Source: Gammaproteobacteria bacterium | Lineage (GTDB): Bacteria > Pseudomonadota > Gammaproteobacteria > Pseudomonadales > Azotimanducaceae | Direction: 5' to 3' | Assembly: GCA_013151695.1 (NCBI GenBank) | Contig: JAADHW010000108.1 | Coordinates: 1 to 42,227, forward strand | DNA length: 42,227 nt | Shown: positions 25,776 through 35,061 of the stretch, in pieces | How positions within the stretch are numbered: position 1 is the stretch's first letter | Layout: every line of letters starts with the position of its first letter | Translations under genes and position numbers: made by a program | Notes under the pieces: model-generated | Seen by the model: the letters and a program-made list of their open reading frames with translations, nothing else | Databases searched by the model: none | What the model was told of the DNA's origin: nothing

Positions 25776-27065
25776 CTAGGCACTTTTCAGATTCGCTTTG
25801 CGTTCTACTGCTCCTCCGACGCTAATGAATAGTGGACCCACACAGGCAAAAAGTAAAAGTCCGGTCAGTATGAAAAATGCGGTGTTGTAGCTGCCGGTCG
25901 CATCATAGATATAGCCTGCCAAAGGAGATGCGGAAAGCACAAACGGAAGTTCGATCCACCGAAGTACGCCGTTGGCCAAGGCAAACGATGCGCTGCCTAC
26001 TGAAGTTGATATGGAAAAAGTGCGCAGCGGTGACATGCCTGAGTAGCCGAAACCATAGATGCCCGCAGCCAAGATTGCGATAGGGTAAGTGTCCGCTTGA
26101 GTGAATGCGAGCAAACCGGCTGCCTGGCAGACTAAGGCGATCCAAATGCTCACCCGCGCGCCAAAAAAATCTGATAGCCAGCCGACAATCGGCTTACCAA
26201 ATGCCGCCATGAGCGCAGCACTAGACAACACCAAGGCGGCCTGGTCTGTGCTAAAACCGATGTCTAACATGTGACCAAACAGATGCAGCATGACTGCCGC
26301 GAAAACGCAGGTCATGGAGCCGAAAATCAACCCGATGCTCCAGAATGCACGCGTCTGTAACAATTCTTGCCAGGTCCATTGGCGCAAGTCATTTGCTGAT
26401 GCAACGAATGGCTCGGTCTGCTTGGCGTGATATTTGTGTCCGTCGCGGACCTCGCCGATATCTTCTGGGCGATCTTTCATGAAAAAGTAGACCACAGGAA
26501 ACAGCGTAACGGCTGTGGTAATGGCGAAAATATTGTAGCCATAACGCCAGCCGTACGAGTCAACTAACCAAGTGACTAACGGCGGCATCATGATGCCTGA
26601 TAAAGAAGCGCCCATGACCGCAAATGCGATTGCTCTGCCGCGCCAATGATCAAACCAAAAGATTACCGAGCGATGCCAAGCTAAGCCGCCCATGCAACTG
26701 ATACCTACTCCCATGCCTAAGCCGACAACGAGGTAGAACTGCCAAATATTTTCAACCGCACCGAGCAAGACATAGGACACCGAAACAATCCCTATACCCC
26801 ACATGATGACAACACGGGGTGAGTTGCGATCTAGATAGCTGCCGAGTTTAGGGGCGATGATTGCCACTACAATCGCGGCGAGAGAAAACCCTATAGAAAT
26901 AGTCATACGGCTGCCATCCGCGAGGGTTTCGGCAAGTGCAGGTAAGAACACGCCCCTGGAGTATGCATAAAAACCTGTGCCGAGAAAACCGAGTAAGCCA
27001 GCTATTGCGACCACTACCCAACCATAGAAATACTCTCGTGGCGGATTGGTCTGAGGTTGCTTGAT
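25776..27065 (-). CDS. MFS transporter; probable start upstream of the track start at 27014
   Basis: About 12 TMs; GSYLDRNSPR and GWLSDFFGAR motif A; WFDHWRGRA; in-frame upstream YFYGWVVV. Confidence 0.88.
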   Translation of the reverse strand: MKQPQTNPPREYFYGWVVVAIAGLLGFLGTGFYAYSRGVFLPALAETLADGSRMTISIGFSLAAIVVAIIAPKLGSYLDRNSPRVVIMWGIGIVSVSYVLLGAVENIWQFYLVVGLGMGVGISCMGGLAWHRSVIFWFDHWRGRAIAFAVMGASLSGIMMPPLVTWLVDSYGWRYGYNIFAITTAVTLFPVVYFFMKDRPEDIGEVRDGHKYHAKQTEPFVASANDLRQWTWQELLQTRAFWSIGLIFGSMTCVFAAVMLHLFGHMLDIGFSTDQAALVLSSAALMAAFGKPIVGWLSDFFGARVSIWIALVCQAAGLLAFTQADTYPIAILAAGIYGFGYSGMSPLRTFSISTSVGSASFALANGVLRWIELPFVLSASPLAGYIYDATGSYNTAFFILTGLLLFACVGPLFISVGGAVERKANLKSA

Positions 27066-27130
27066 TATCCTCTCCTTAGGAACGTGTTAGGGTCGCCCTT
27101 ATCAATCACTCTACCATTGGTAAGGCATCT

Positions 27131-27814
27131 ATGATCGATCTTTACACCGCTTCAACACCCAACGGTTGGAAAGCGTCTGTTACTTTAGAAGAATTACAGC
27201 TGCCGTACGCTGTGCACCCTGTCAACTTGTCATCGGCGCAGCAGAAGGAAGAATGGTTCCTAAAGATGTGCCCCAATGGTCGTATACCCGCGATCGTAGA
27301 TCGAGAACAAGGTGATTTCGCGGTTTTCGAGTCCGGGGCCATCATGATGTACCTCGCCGAAAAAACAGGTCAACTCATGCCCAGGGATGCGAAGGGTCGC
27401 AGCGAGGTAGTGCAGTGGCTGATGTTTCAAATGGGTGGTATTGGTCCCATGATGGGGCAGGCTAATGTTTTCTTTCGCTATTTCCCTGAGAAAATCCAAC
27501 CTGCCATTGATCGCTACCAAAATGAGGGGCGGCGATTGTTTGAAGTATTGGACAATCGATTAGCAGAATCTGAGTGGTTGGCAGCAGAATACTCCATAGC
27601 TGATATCGCCAACTGGTGTTGGGTGCGATCGTATAAATGGTCAGGGATCGAATGTGACGACTTAGTTCATCTCAAGCGTTGGCGAGATGCCATGCGGGAA
27701 CGTCCAGCCTGTGAGCGAGGGGTTCAAGTTCCACAGAAAGTGGAAAACTTGGAACAGAACAACGAAGCTGCAGAAGAGTTCGCGCGCAATGCACGCAAGA
27801 TGGTGCAGACTTAG
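27131..27814 (+). CDS. Glutathione S-transferase, YfcG/YghU (Nu) class
   Basis: [43 protein letters not shown]. Confidence 0.93.
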   Translation: MIDLYTASTPNGWKASVTLEELQLPYAVHPVNLSSAQQKEEWFLKMCPNGRIPAIVDREQGDFAVFESGAIMMYLAEKTGQLMPRDAKGRSEVVQWLMFQMGGIGPMMGQANVFFRYFPEKIQPAIDRYQNEGRRLFEVLDNRLAESEWLAAEYSIADIANWCWVRSYKWSGIECDDLVHLKRWRDAMRERPACERGVQVPQKVENLEQNNEAAEEFARNARKMVQT

Positions 27815-27827
27815 ACTTTTTGCGCAA

Positions 27828-29417
27828 TCAGTCGGCCACTGCAAGGGTTATTTGAAACGTAGTTGGTAGTTCGTTAACTAGGCATAGTTCGCCTTGTGCC
27901 TGGCGGACTAAGGTTCTTGCGATGGTCAGGCCTAGGCCGGTGCCCCCAGACTCGCGACGGGTGGTAAAGAAGGGTTCGAATATTCGATCTTTGTTACCCT
28001 TAGATATGCCGGTGCCGTTGTCTTCTATTAAAAGGCAAATTTGATTGTCTGATTCGAGTGGAGAATCTTGCAACCACAGCTTAACTTCGCTGGCACCATG
28101 TTCAATCGCATTTTCTAACAAAGTCTCCAACGCTGCTGATAGTGCGCTTTCGTTGGTCTTAACCGGTCTGTCGGTGGTGAGGTTAAGGACGGTCAGTTGT
28201 GAGTCGAACTGAGGCGCGAGCTGCTGCACTATTTGGTGAACGCTGATAAGGGTTAAGGCGGGTGCCACTATGCCTGCCTTAGTCAAATCCATAAGACGTT
28301 GCGTCAGTCTATGAAGACGCAGTGCGTCGTCTGTGATGTTAGTCAGAAAACGCTGATGTTGTTCGTTGTCCATGGTCTTGCCGTGATCTTGGAGTACTTC
28401 AACAGCGGCGCGAATACTGGCGATGGGCGTTTTAAACTCGTGGGACACATGTCGAGAAAATTCTTGTAGATGATTGGCTCGTTGCTCTAAGGCATCAGCC
28501 ATGTTGGATATGGCTTGTTGCAAACGTGCAATCTCAACAGTTCTTGGTTTGAGAAATTCTGGAGAGAGCCTAGCTTGTGCCGCGGTTAACTCGCCCAGGG
28601 CAATCTTGGTGGTTTGATCGGCAAGGCGCCTAATAGGACGGGCGATGAGTCGAAAAGTGAGGAGCGACATCACCACAACCAGAACAATGAGTAACGCTAA
28701 ACCTTGCAGAAGTAACCAGCGTTTTGCATACAAGGCTTGAATAATGCTGGGTGGTGTACGCGATAGCATAACTGCTCCGACAAGGCGGTCATGCATTATG
28801 ATGGGTGTCGCAACGAAGACTCGAATACGGCTTGTACGGCTTACCGATCCCAAGGTAGTCACTTCCACCCGCTCGTTTTTTTGCCGAATGGTGCTAACGG
28901 GTAAACCGCTGAGGGCCGTACTAATTTCCTGACTATCCACAATAGACAGACCCGCATCATTACCAGTACTGGCAATGATGACGCCCCAAGGATCTACAAC
29001 TCGAATACCTGCGAGAGTTGTCAGCTGAGCATCTTTAAGCACCGGCATAAGGCGCTTTCCGACGCGGGTTGCAAAAGAGTTTCCTGCTGCGCTTTTGGTG
29101 CCATCAGGCAAGGGTGGCAGCGTAGGCGAAGTGGCCAGGTCTAGGGTGGGAGGTTGTGGCAGCCAGCCTTGCGTGCTTCGAAGTGAATTTTTGGGTAGAG
29201 GTCGGGTCACTGTAAGCCAGTTTTGCGTGCCCTCTTCAAGAATTAGAGATCGGTAGAACGCTGCAACAAAGGCTGCTTGCGCGATAAGTGCAGACTCTGT
29301 TTGGCGAACTAGGGCGCTTTCGTAAAGGCGCATGAGTTGAACGCCAGCAACTGGTAATAGAAAAACAACCAGGTTGATGCCGATGAGGAGGCTACGTAGA
29401 GAGATCCTGTGTTTCAT
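27828..29417 (-). CDS. Sensor histidine kinase (CreC-like; 2 TM, HAMP, HisKA, HATPase)
   Basis: SHEFKTPI H-box, LLENA, DNGTGI, IFEPFFTT, GGTGLGL. Confidence 0.93.
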   Translation of the reverse strand: MKHRISLRSLLIGINLVVFLLPVAGVQLMRLYESALVRQTESALIAQAAFVAAFYRSLILEEGTQNWLTVTRPLPKNSLRSTQGWLPQPPTLDLATSPTLPPLPDGTKSAAGNSFATRVGKRLMPVLKDAQLTTLAGIRVVDPWGVIIASTGNDAGLSIVDSQEISTALSGLPVSTIRQKNERVEVTTLGSVSRTSRIRVFVATPIIMHDRLVGAVMLSRTPPSIIQALYAKRWLLLQGLALLIVLVVVMSLLTFRLIARPIRRLADQTTKIALGELTAAQARLSPEFLKPRTVEIARLQQAISNMADALEQRANHLQEFSRHVSHEFKTPIASIRAAVEVLQDHGKTMDNEQHQRFLTNITDDALRLHRLTQRLMDLTKAGIVAPALTLISVHQIVQQLAPQFDSQLTVLNLTTDRPVKTNESALSAALETLLENAIEHGASEVKLWLQDSPLESDNQICLLIEDNGTGISKGNKDRIFEPFFTTRRESGGTGLGLTIARTLVRQAQGELCLVNELPTTFQITLAVAD

Positions 29418-30088
29418 GCGCGTTTGAGACGATAGCCAATACCGTGCACTGTTCGAATTCCCGGCGTCTTGCGGTTGTCTAATTTGTTACGAAGCCGACG
29501 CATATGGCTGTCTATGGTTCTGTGGCTTACGACACGACGAATGTCATATGCTCCTTGCATCAATGCATCTCTCGACAAAACACTATCGGGTCGTTTGAGT
29601 ATGGTGTGTAAAAGCTGGTACTCAGTTTGCGTGAGGTCTAACAACACATCTTGCCAGCGTATTTCGTAGGTGTCTGGGTTGAGTACGTAATCATCTACTT
29701 TGAGAATGCGTGGCTGTTGATCATTAGACTGTGTACGCCGTAGGTTTGCCTTTATTCTCGCCAGTAACTCTCGTGGGCTAAATGGTTTGCCGACGTAGTC
29801 ATCGGCACCCATTTCTAGTCCAAGTATACGATCAACTTCTTCGTCTCTAGAAGAAAGCAGAACAATGGGTACTTGGGATATTTCTCGAAGTTGTTTGCAT
29901 ACCGCTAGGCCATCGAGTTCTGGCATCAGTATATCGAGAACAATGAGGTCGGGGGCGTGGCGACGGTGAACTTCGATAGCCTGAATACCGTCTGCAGCAG
30001 TAAAGGTTGCATAGCCAGCTTGTTGTAAGGTGAATACAACCACTTCTCGAATATGAGGGTCGTCGTCAACGACAAGCACGCTTTGCAT
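29414..30088 (-). CDS. OmpR/PhoB-family response regulator (CreB/ChvI-like)
   Basis: VVDDD, LDILMP, GADDYVGKPF, winged-helix RTIDSHMRRLR..TVHGIGY; start ATG 30088; overlaps the kinase start. Confidence 0.95.
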   Translation of the reverse strand: MQSVLVVDDDPHIREVVVFTLQQAGYATFTAADGIQAIEVHRRHAPDLIVLDILMPELDGLAVCKQLREISQVPIVLLSSRDEEVDRILGLEMGADDYVGKPFSPRELLARIKANLRRTQSNDQQPRILKVDDYVLNPDTYEIRWQDVLLDLTQTEYQLLHTILKRPDSVLSRDALMQGAYDIRRVVSHRTIDSHMRRLRNKLDNRKTPGIRTVHGIGYRLKRA

Positions 30089-30136
30089 GGTGAGATTGTA
30101 CGCGCTTCGAAGAAAGCGTGGGCCAATATGGAGGAG

Positions 30137-30180
30137 ATTGCGCAAAAATTGCACATTTTCGCTGTCTAAATTGCGAGCTT
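30137..30180. promoter_or_regulatory. Helically phased ATTGC direct repeats; candidate response-regulator site
   Basis: ATTGCGC 30137, ATTGCAC 30148, ATTGCGA 30170 (offsets 11 and 22 bp) in the divergent intergenic region. Confidence 0.5.
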
Positions 30181-30221
30181 TGTGGGCAGTTTTGAATTAT
30201 CCGTTTGGCAAAGTTCAATCC

Positions 30222-31730
30222 ATGTCTTATGTAGAACATTTCCCGCCACATTTTTATAACCGAACTGTCCTGTTCTGCCTAATAGCCGGGGCCACGGTGA
30301 TTGCCATCGAACCTGCTATTTGGCTTTTTCAAACTTGGTACCAGCCCGGGTATGAGGGTACCGGGGTTGTCGCCTTTGGTTTGACTGTTGGCTTTTTCCT
30401 TTGGTCGTGCAGTTCTCCAGTGTTGCGCGCGCGCACTACGCCAGCAACCTGGCTGTTATTGCTGGTGTCCGCGATACTCCGCTTGGTATCACAGCTGTTG
30501 GACATCAATGTTGTTGGTGCTTTGTTGTTGTGTGTTGATGTCTATGCGATCGCGCGTATTGCTGGCGTAGATGTACGGCAACGCAGTTTATCGCCCCTCT
30601 GGCTGGCAGTCTTGTTTGCTTTTAGTTTGCCCATTGAACCTATGCTTCAGCGTGTGTTTGGATATGGGCTCCAGTTAGTATCCGCTCAGGTCAGTTGCGC
30701 CTTACTTGCGCCATTTTTTTCCGACCTTGCATGCGAGGGTGTGCGTATCACTTTGGCAGGCCGCGACGTGTTGGTTGACTTGCCATGCTCTGGATCAGAA
30801 CTTCTATCACTCTCAGCTCTGGTATTGGTGGGACTTTTTTGTGCAGTGCGTCCTGATCATAGGATGGTCTATAAGGGATTGTTCCTTTGGCTGTCGCTGT
30901 CGCTGTTAGGCAATGGTGTGCGTATTGCGGTACTGGCGGTTGGAATTGTTTACCAACAGGACATTGGCTTAGATGTCATGGCGCCGCTGCCGCATACCCT
31001 TATAGGGTTAGTGATAGTTGCCGGGGTAAGTTCCATTTTGGTGGCTTGGGTCTTGACTGTGTCATCGAAAAGAGAGTTGTTACCAACAAAACCCTCTGTA
31101 GGCGTTAGCCGTTTTCGCTATCCACGTCTGCTCGCAATTTCTCACCCAACGCTGAAAGTGTCATTTTCGATAATGTTTTTAGTCTTTGCGTTGGGCATCG
31201 GCACGCTTAAACCGCAACCAGTAGATTCGTCCCCTACCTTGATACCGCCATCAACGCCATTGGTGGTCGCGAACTTTGCTGCGGTTGAACACCCTCTATC
31301 AAGTTTGGAGCAGACCTACTTCAGTCAATATGGTGGTGGCGCCAAGCGTGTCAGCTATGGACCGTATGGGTTGTTGTTGGTGACCACCGCATCGCCGTTA
31401 CGGCACTTACATGATCCGACAATTTGCCTCACCAGTGCCGGCTTTGATGTGCGGCTGCTAGGCACAGATCATGTTATGAGCTCTACCATTTATGCGGCCA
31501 CACGACGGGAAGATAACTCTGTCTTTGATGTCTACGTTTCTTACCTAGCAGACAACGGGGACACTGCCAGTAGCGTTGCTGAAGTGGTTTGGCGCTGGTT
31601 TCAAGCGCCACAAACTCGTTGGACCATGGTTCAACGCATTGTGCCCCGTGAAGATAATTTGGATGAATTAAAAACCAGGGCGTGGATGGCGTCTATGAAC
31701 CGAGCGTATAACTTGAGCCAGGAGACTTAA
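30222..31730 (+). CDS. Exosortase-family transpeptidase (XrtT-like) with C-terminal EpsI-like domain
   Basis: Multi-TM; catalytic Cys (VDLPCSG), Arg (GNGVRI), His (PHTLIG); C-terminal soluble domain with HLHDPTICL..AGF; start ATG 30222. Confidence 0.85.
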   Translation: MSYVEHFPPHFYNRTVLFCLIAGATVIAIEPAIWLFQTWYQPGYEGTGVVAFGLTVGFFLWSCSSPVLRARTTPATWLLLLVSAILRLVSQLLDINVVGALLLCVDVYAIARIAGVDVRQRSLSPLWLAVLFAFSLPIEPMLQRVFGYGLQLVSAQVSCALLAPFFSDLACEGVRITLAGRDVLVDLPCSGSELLSLSALVLVGLFCAVRPDHRMVYKGLFLWLSLSLLGNGVRIAVLAVGIVYQQDIGLDVMAPLPHTLIGLVIVAGVSSILVAWVLTVSSKRELLPTKPSVGVSRFRYPRLLAISHPTLKVSFSIMFLVFALGIGTLKPQPVDSSPTLIPPSTPLVVANFAAVEHPLSSLEQTYFSQYGGGAKRVSYGPYGLLLVTTASPLRHLHDPTICLTSAGFDVRLLGTDHVMSSTIYAATRREDNSVFDVYVSYLADNGDTASSVAEVVWRWFQAPQTRWTMVQRIVPREDNLDELKTRAWMASMNRAYNLSQET

Positions 31731-31731
31731 T

Positions 31732-33888
31732 ATGAAGAGCCTATTCCAGGTCGGTGTTTGGACTGTTTTGTGGGTACTGTCCGTTGGCTTGTCTGGCCCA
31801 GTAGGCGCGGCTATAAGTACCAATGATATTGATAAGTTGGCGGGATCTATCGAGGGGACAATTGCGGGGGAAGTGGTCTACTTTGCCGCCCTTAGCAGTG
31901 AATATAGTGTTGTCATTCATGGTGACATCGCTCAAATCACACTCAAACAAACCTTTCAAAACCCCTACGACAAACCCATGAACGCTCGCTATCTGTTTCC
32001 GTTAAACAGCAATGCCGCGGTGCATGCGATGACCATGCGGATTGGCAATGAAATGATTACGGCTGAAATTCGAGAAATTCAACAAGCCAAGAAAATATTC
32101 TCCGCAGCCAAGAAGCAGGGCAAGGCTGCTTCGTTGTTGCAGCAACACCGGCCCAATATGTTTACTCAAAAGATTGCCAACTTGATGCCCGGTGTGCCGA
32201 TTGAAGTTGATATTCAATATGTTCAGGTGGTACCAAAAATTGATGGCGCTTACGAATTGGTGGTGCCTCTGGTGGTTGGGCCACGCTTTCAACCAAATGG
32301 TACCGTGACGGGTCATCAGAACAGCGATCTGCAGGATTCAAGGGTTACAAGCCAGGTTGTAAAACCCCCGGGATCCTGGGAGTTTTCGACCCTCCCGGTT
32401 TATCCGGCAACTGCCGGTGTGCATTTGCCCAAGGAAATTATTGCAGAACGGGTGAGCTTAGACATTGAGTTGGAAGCACCCTTACCACTGCAATCGACCA
32501 CCAGCAGTACTCATCAGATCAGTGTCACAGACCATTCTTCTACTCAGCAGCACATTACATTTACAGCGGGCAAGGTCATAGATAACAAAGACTTTGTGTT
32601 GCGCTACCGAATAGACGGAGAAGTTGAGAATGCCGGCATTCTAACCCACTGGGAGGTCGGTGAAGGCGGGTATTTTAGCTTGCTCATAGAACCGCCAGAA
32701 AAATTGGCGGACACCCAGGTATTGCCGCGTGAAATGGTTTTTTTATTGGATTGTTCGGGGTCGATGGGTGGTTTGCCTATGCAAGCGAGCAAATTGTTTA
32801 TGTCACAAGCGTTAGCTGCCCTGCGGCCGACAGATACCTTTCGTATCATTCGGTTTAGTGATTTAGCGACAGAATTTTCGACTGTTTCGCTACCTGCTAC
32901 TGCAGCCAATATTGCCCGTGGCCTTGCCTATACAAGATCTCTTTTTGGTAGTGGGGGAACGGTCATGACGGCAGGCATCGAGCAGGCACTCTCTCCACCC
33001 ATACCTAAACAGGCAATTCGTAATATCATTTTCCTAACAGATGGCTACATTGGTAACGAAATGGAAGTATTGCAACTGGTTGAGCAGCTTCTTGGCAAGT
33101 CTCGGATGTTTGCTTTTGGCGTGGGTGCCGGGGTTAACAGATATTTGCTGAACGAGCTTAGCAGGGTGGGCGGTGGCTTTACTCGTTACTTTGATCCAAC
33201 ACGTTCTGAAGAAAGTGTTGGGCAAGTGGCGAAGGCATTGGTGGCTAAATTACAAACTCCTGTATTGGCTGATATTGAAGTTGATTGGGGTGATATAGAG
33301 GTGACAGATGTGCTGCCATCACGCATTCCAGATCTATATGTGGGTGATTCCATACGTATAACCGGACGCTTTAGAAATCCTTCAAAGGGGCATTTACAGA
33401 TCAATGGCCGCTCTACAAACCAACACGCACAGATGAAGATACCGCTTAACCTAAATAATTTCGAAAAGCGAAAGACAATTCGACAACTGTGGGCAAGAAC
33501 AGCGGTTGCTGATCGTATGCATACTTTTGTTACCCCAGTCGCGATGCGAAAAGATCAAGTCAGCAATGACAATTTGAAGGCTGGGATTACGCAGCTTGGG
33601 CTGAGTTATCAGCTGGCCACGAGATGGACCGCCTTTGTCGCCGTTTCGAAACAGATTTATAACCTTCAACCTGAAAATAGTGCTCATGCGGATGTGGCCC
33701 TGCCGAAGGTCTCCGGCGTGTCAAAACTCGCCTATAACCAAGCCCCCTCGAATAGTGGGGGTATGGCTATGACGGGTTATGGCGCGCCGGAACCTGGGGT
33801 TTGGCTGGGCTTGCTGGTGGCTATGTGTTCGCTTTGGGTTGTACGAAGACGTGTCGTTTCTCGGCGGTTGATTCAGCAGTCGACGTGA
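31732..33888 (+). CDS. Exported VIT + vWA domain protein with PEP-CTERM-like sorting signal
   Basis: Signal peptide; VIT (QTFQNP, YLFPL, AVHAM); MIDAS DCSGSM, GGT, LTDG; tail APEP-GVWLGLLVAMCSLWVV-RRR. Confidence 0.9.
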   Translation: MKSLFQVGVWTVLWVLSVGLSGPVGAAISTNDIDKLAGSIEGTIAGEVVYFAALSSEYSVVIHGDIAQITLKQTFQNPYDKPMNARYLFPLNSNAAVHAMTMRIGNEMITAEIREIQQAKKIFSAAKKQGKAASLLQQHRPNMFTQKIANLMPGVPIEVDIQYVQVVPKIDGAYELVVPLVVGPRFQPNGTVTGHQNSDLQDSRVTSQVVKPPGSWEFSTLPVYPATAGVHLPKEIIAERVSLDIELEAPLPLQSTTSSTHQISVTDHSSTQQHITFTAGKVIDNKDFVLRYRIDGEVENAGILTHWEVGEGGYFSLLIEPPEKLADTQVLPREMVFLLDCSGSMGGLPMQASKLFMSQALAALRPTDTFRIIRFSDLATEFSTVSLPATAANIARGLAYTRSLFGSGGTVMTAGIEQALSPPIPKQAIRNIIFLTDGYIGNEMEVLQLVEQLLGKSRMFAFGVGAGVNRYLLNELSRVGGGFTRYFDPTRSEESVGQVAKALVAKLQTPVLADIEVDWGDIEVTDVLPSRIPDLYVGDSIRITGRFRNPSKGHLQINGRSTNQHAQMKIPLNLNNFEKRKTIRQLWARTAVADRMHTFVTPVAMRKDQVSNDNLKAGITQLGLSYQLATRWTAFVAVSKQIYNLQPENSAHADVALPKVSGVSKLAYNQAPSNSGGMAMTGYGAPEPGVWLGLLVAMCSLWVVRRRVVSRRLIQQST

Positions 33889-33929
33889 TGGTGTAGACTG
33901 CTCGCTCTGGTCAAAAGAAACAGAGTGAC

Positions 33930-35060
33930 ATGAAGTGGTTAAGTTGGCTCTTGGTTGTTGTTGTTTGCGTTGCTGTCGCTGCTGCGCTTGGCTTATATAA
34001 GTACAGCGAAATTCAGGCGAGTATTGCCCAAGGCAAAGCGTTCCCGGAGCCTGTTGAAGCGGTCGAGTTGTATGTTGTTGAGCAAATTCCGCGTACGCCG
34101 AGTCTTACTGTTACCGGGGAAGTTGTCTCATCGCAATCAGCCGCGGTTCGAAGTGAGTTAAACGGGCGTATTGTTTTTGTTGGCTTTGCCCCTGGCGCGC
34201 AAGTGAATTCAGGCCAAGTGTTGTTGCGCCTTGATACTTCGGAAGAAATTGCGCAACTTGCTGAGGCACGGGCAACTCAGCAAATTGCTAAGCTGGCGCT
34301 CGATCGCAGTGCTCGATTGGTAAAATCTGGGGCGGGTTCTGTTGAGTCTCGTGATCAGGCTCTGGCTCAATTTGAAGGTGCGGGTGCAAGGGTTCGTGCT
34401 CTGGCCGCCTTGATTGACAAGAAGACGCTTCGCGCTCCGTTTGCTGCGCTGGCCGGTTTGCACCAGTTGGAGCCGGGTCAGTATCTAGATGCGGGTGATG
34501 TGGTTGCAGAGCTCATCGGTCTAACAGATCGATTATGGATAGACTTTTCTCTGCCTCAAGAACATGCAAACCTCAACGTCGGCAGCATTGTGAAAGTCTC
34601 GTCGCAAGTAAACACGCAGGCTTTATCTGCAACGGTGATCGCTAGAGCAGCTTCGGTCAATGTACGCTCGCGTAACCTTACCCTAAGGGCTGAACTGCCA
34701 TCCTCAGACACGCTACTTTTGCCCGGTATGTTGGTCAATGTCAGTATAGTGTTGAACGATACTATAACGGCTACCGTTGTACCCGCCACGGCGGTGCGGC
34801 GAGATGCGTTTGGATCGTCGGTATATGTCCTAACCGAAGTGGTCGAAAACGGCGAACGTAAAACCCGGGCAAAGAAGCGACCGGTTGTCATTAGCAATAT
34901 TGTTGATCCTGATCAAAGCGCAGACTTAGTGGTGGTGATTTCAGGTTTGCAGGTAGGCGAACCAATTGCAGCTCTTGGTGCATTCAAATTACGTGACGGT
35001 TCCTTGGTGCAGGCTCATGCAGCAAGTACAGAGGCTCAAGCAAGGCTGGTCGGGCATTAA
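33930..35060 (+). CDS. RND efflux periplasmic adaptor (MFP)
   Basis: N-terminal TM, G..V..GQVLLRLD, LRAPFA, LLPGM, VPATAV. Confidence 0.93.
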   Translation: MKWLSWLLVVVVCVAVAAALGLYKYSEIQASIAQGKAFPEPVEAVELYVVEQIPRTPSLTVTGEVVSSQSAAVRSELNGRIVFVGFAPGAQVNSGQVLLRLDTSEEIAQLAEARATQQIAKLALDRSARLVKSGAGSVESRDQALAQFEGAGARVRALAALIDKKTLRAPFAALAGLHQLEPGQYLDAGDVVAELIGLTDRLWIDFSLPQEHANLNVGSIVKVSSQVNTQALSATVIARAASVNVRSRNLTLRAELPSSDTLLLPGMLVNVSIVLNDTITATVVPATAVRRDAFGSSVYVLTEVVENGERKTRAKKRPVVISNIVDPDQSADLVVVISGLQVGEPIAALGAFKLRDGSLVQAHAASTEAQARLVGH

Positions 35061-35061
35061 T

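Noticed and set aside
30087-30221. Upstream extensions of the exosortase and response-regulator ORFs
   Set aside because: The two extensions overlap head-to-head; domain boundaries favour starts at 30222 and 30088, leaving a regulatory spacer.
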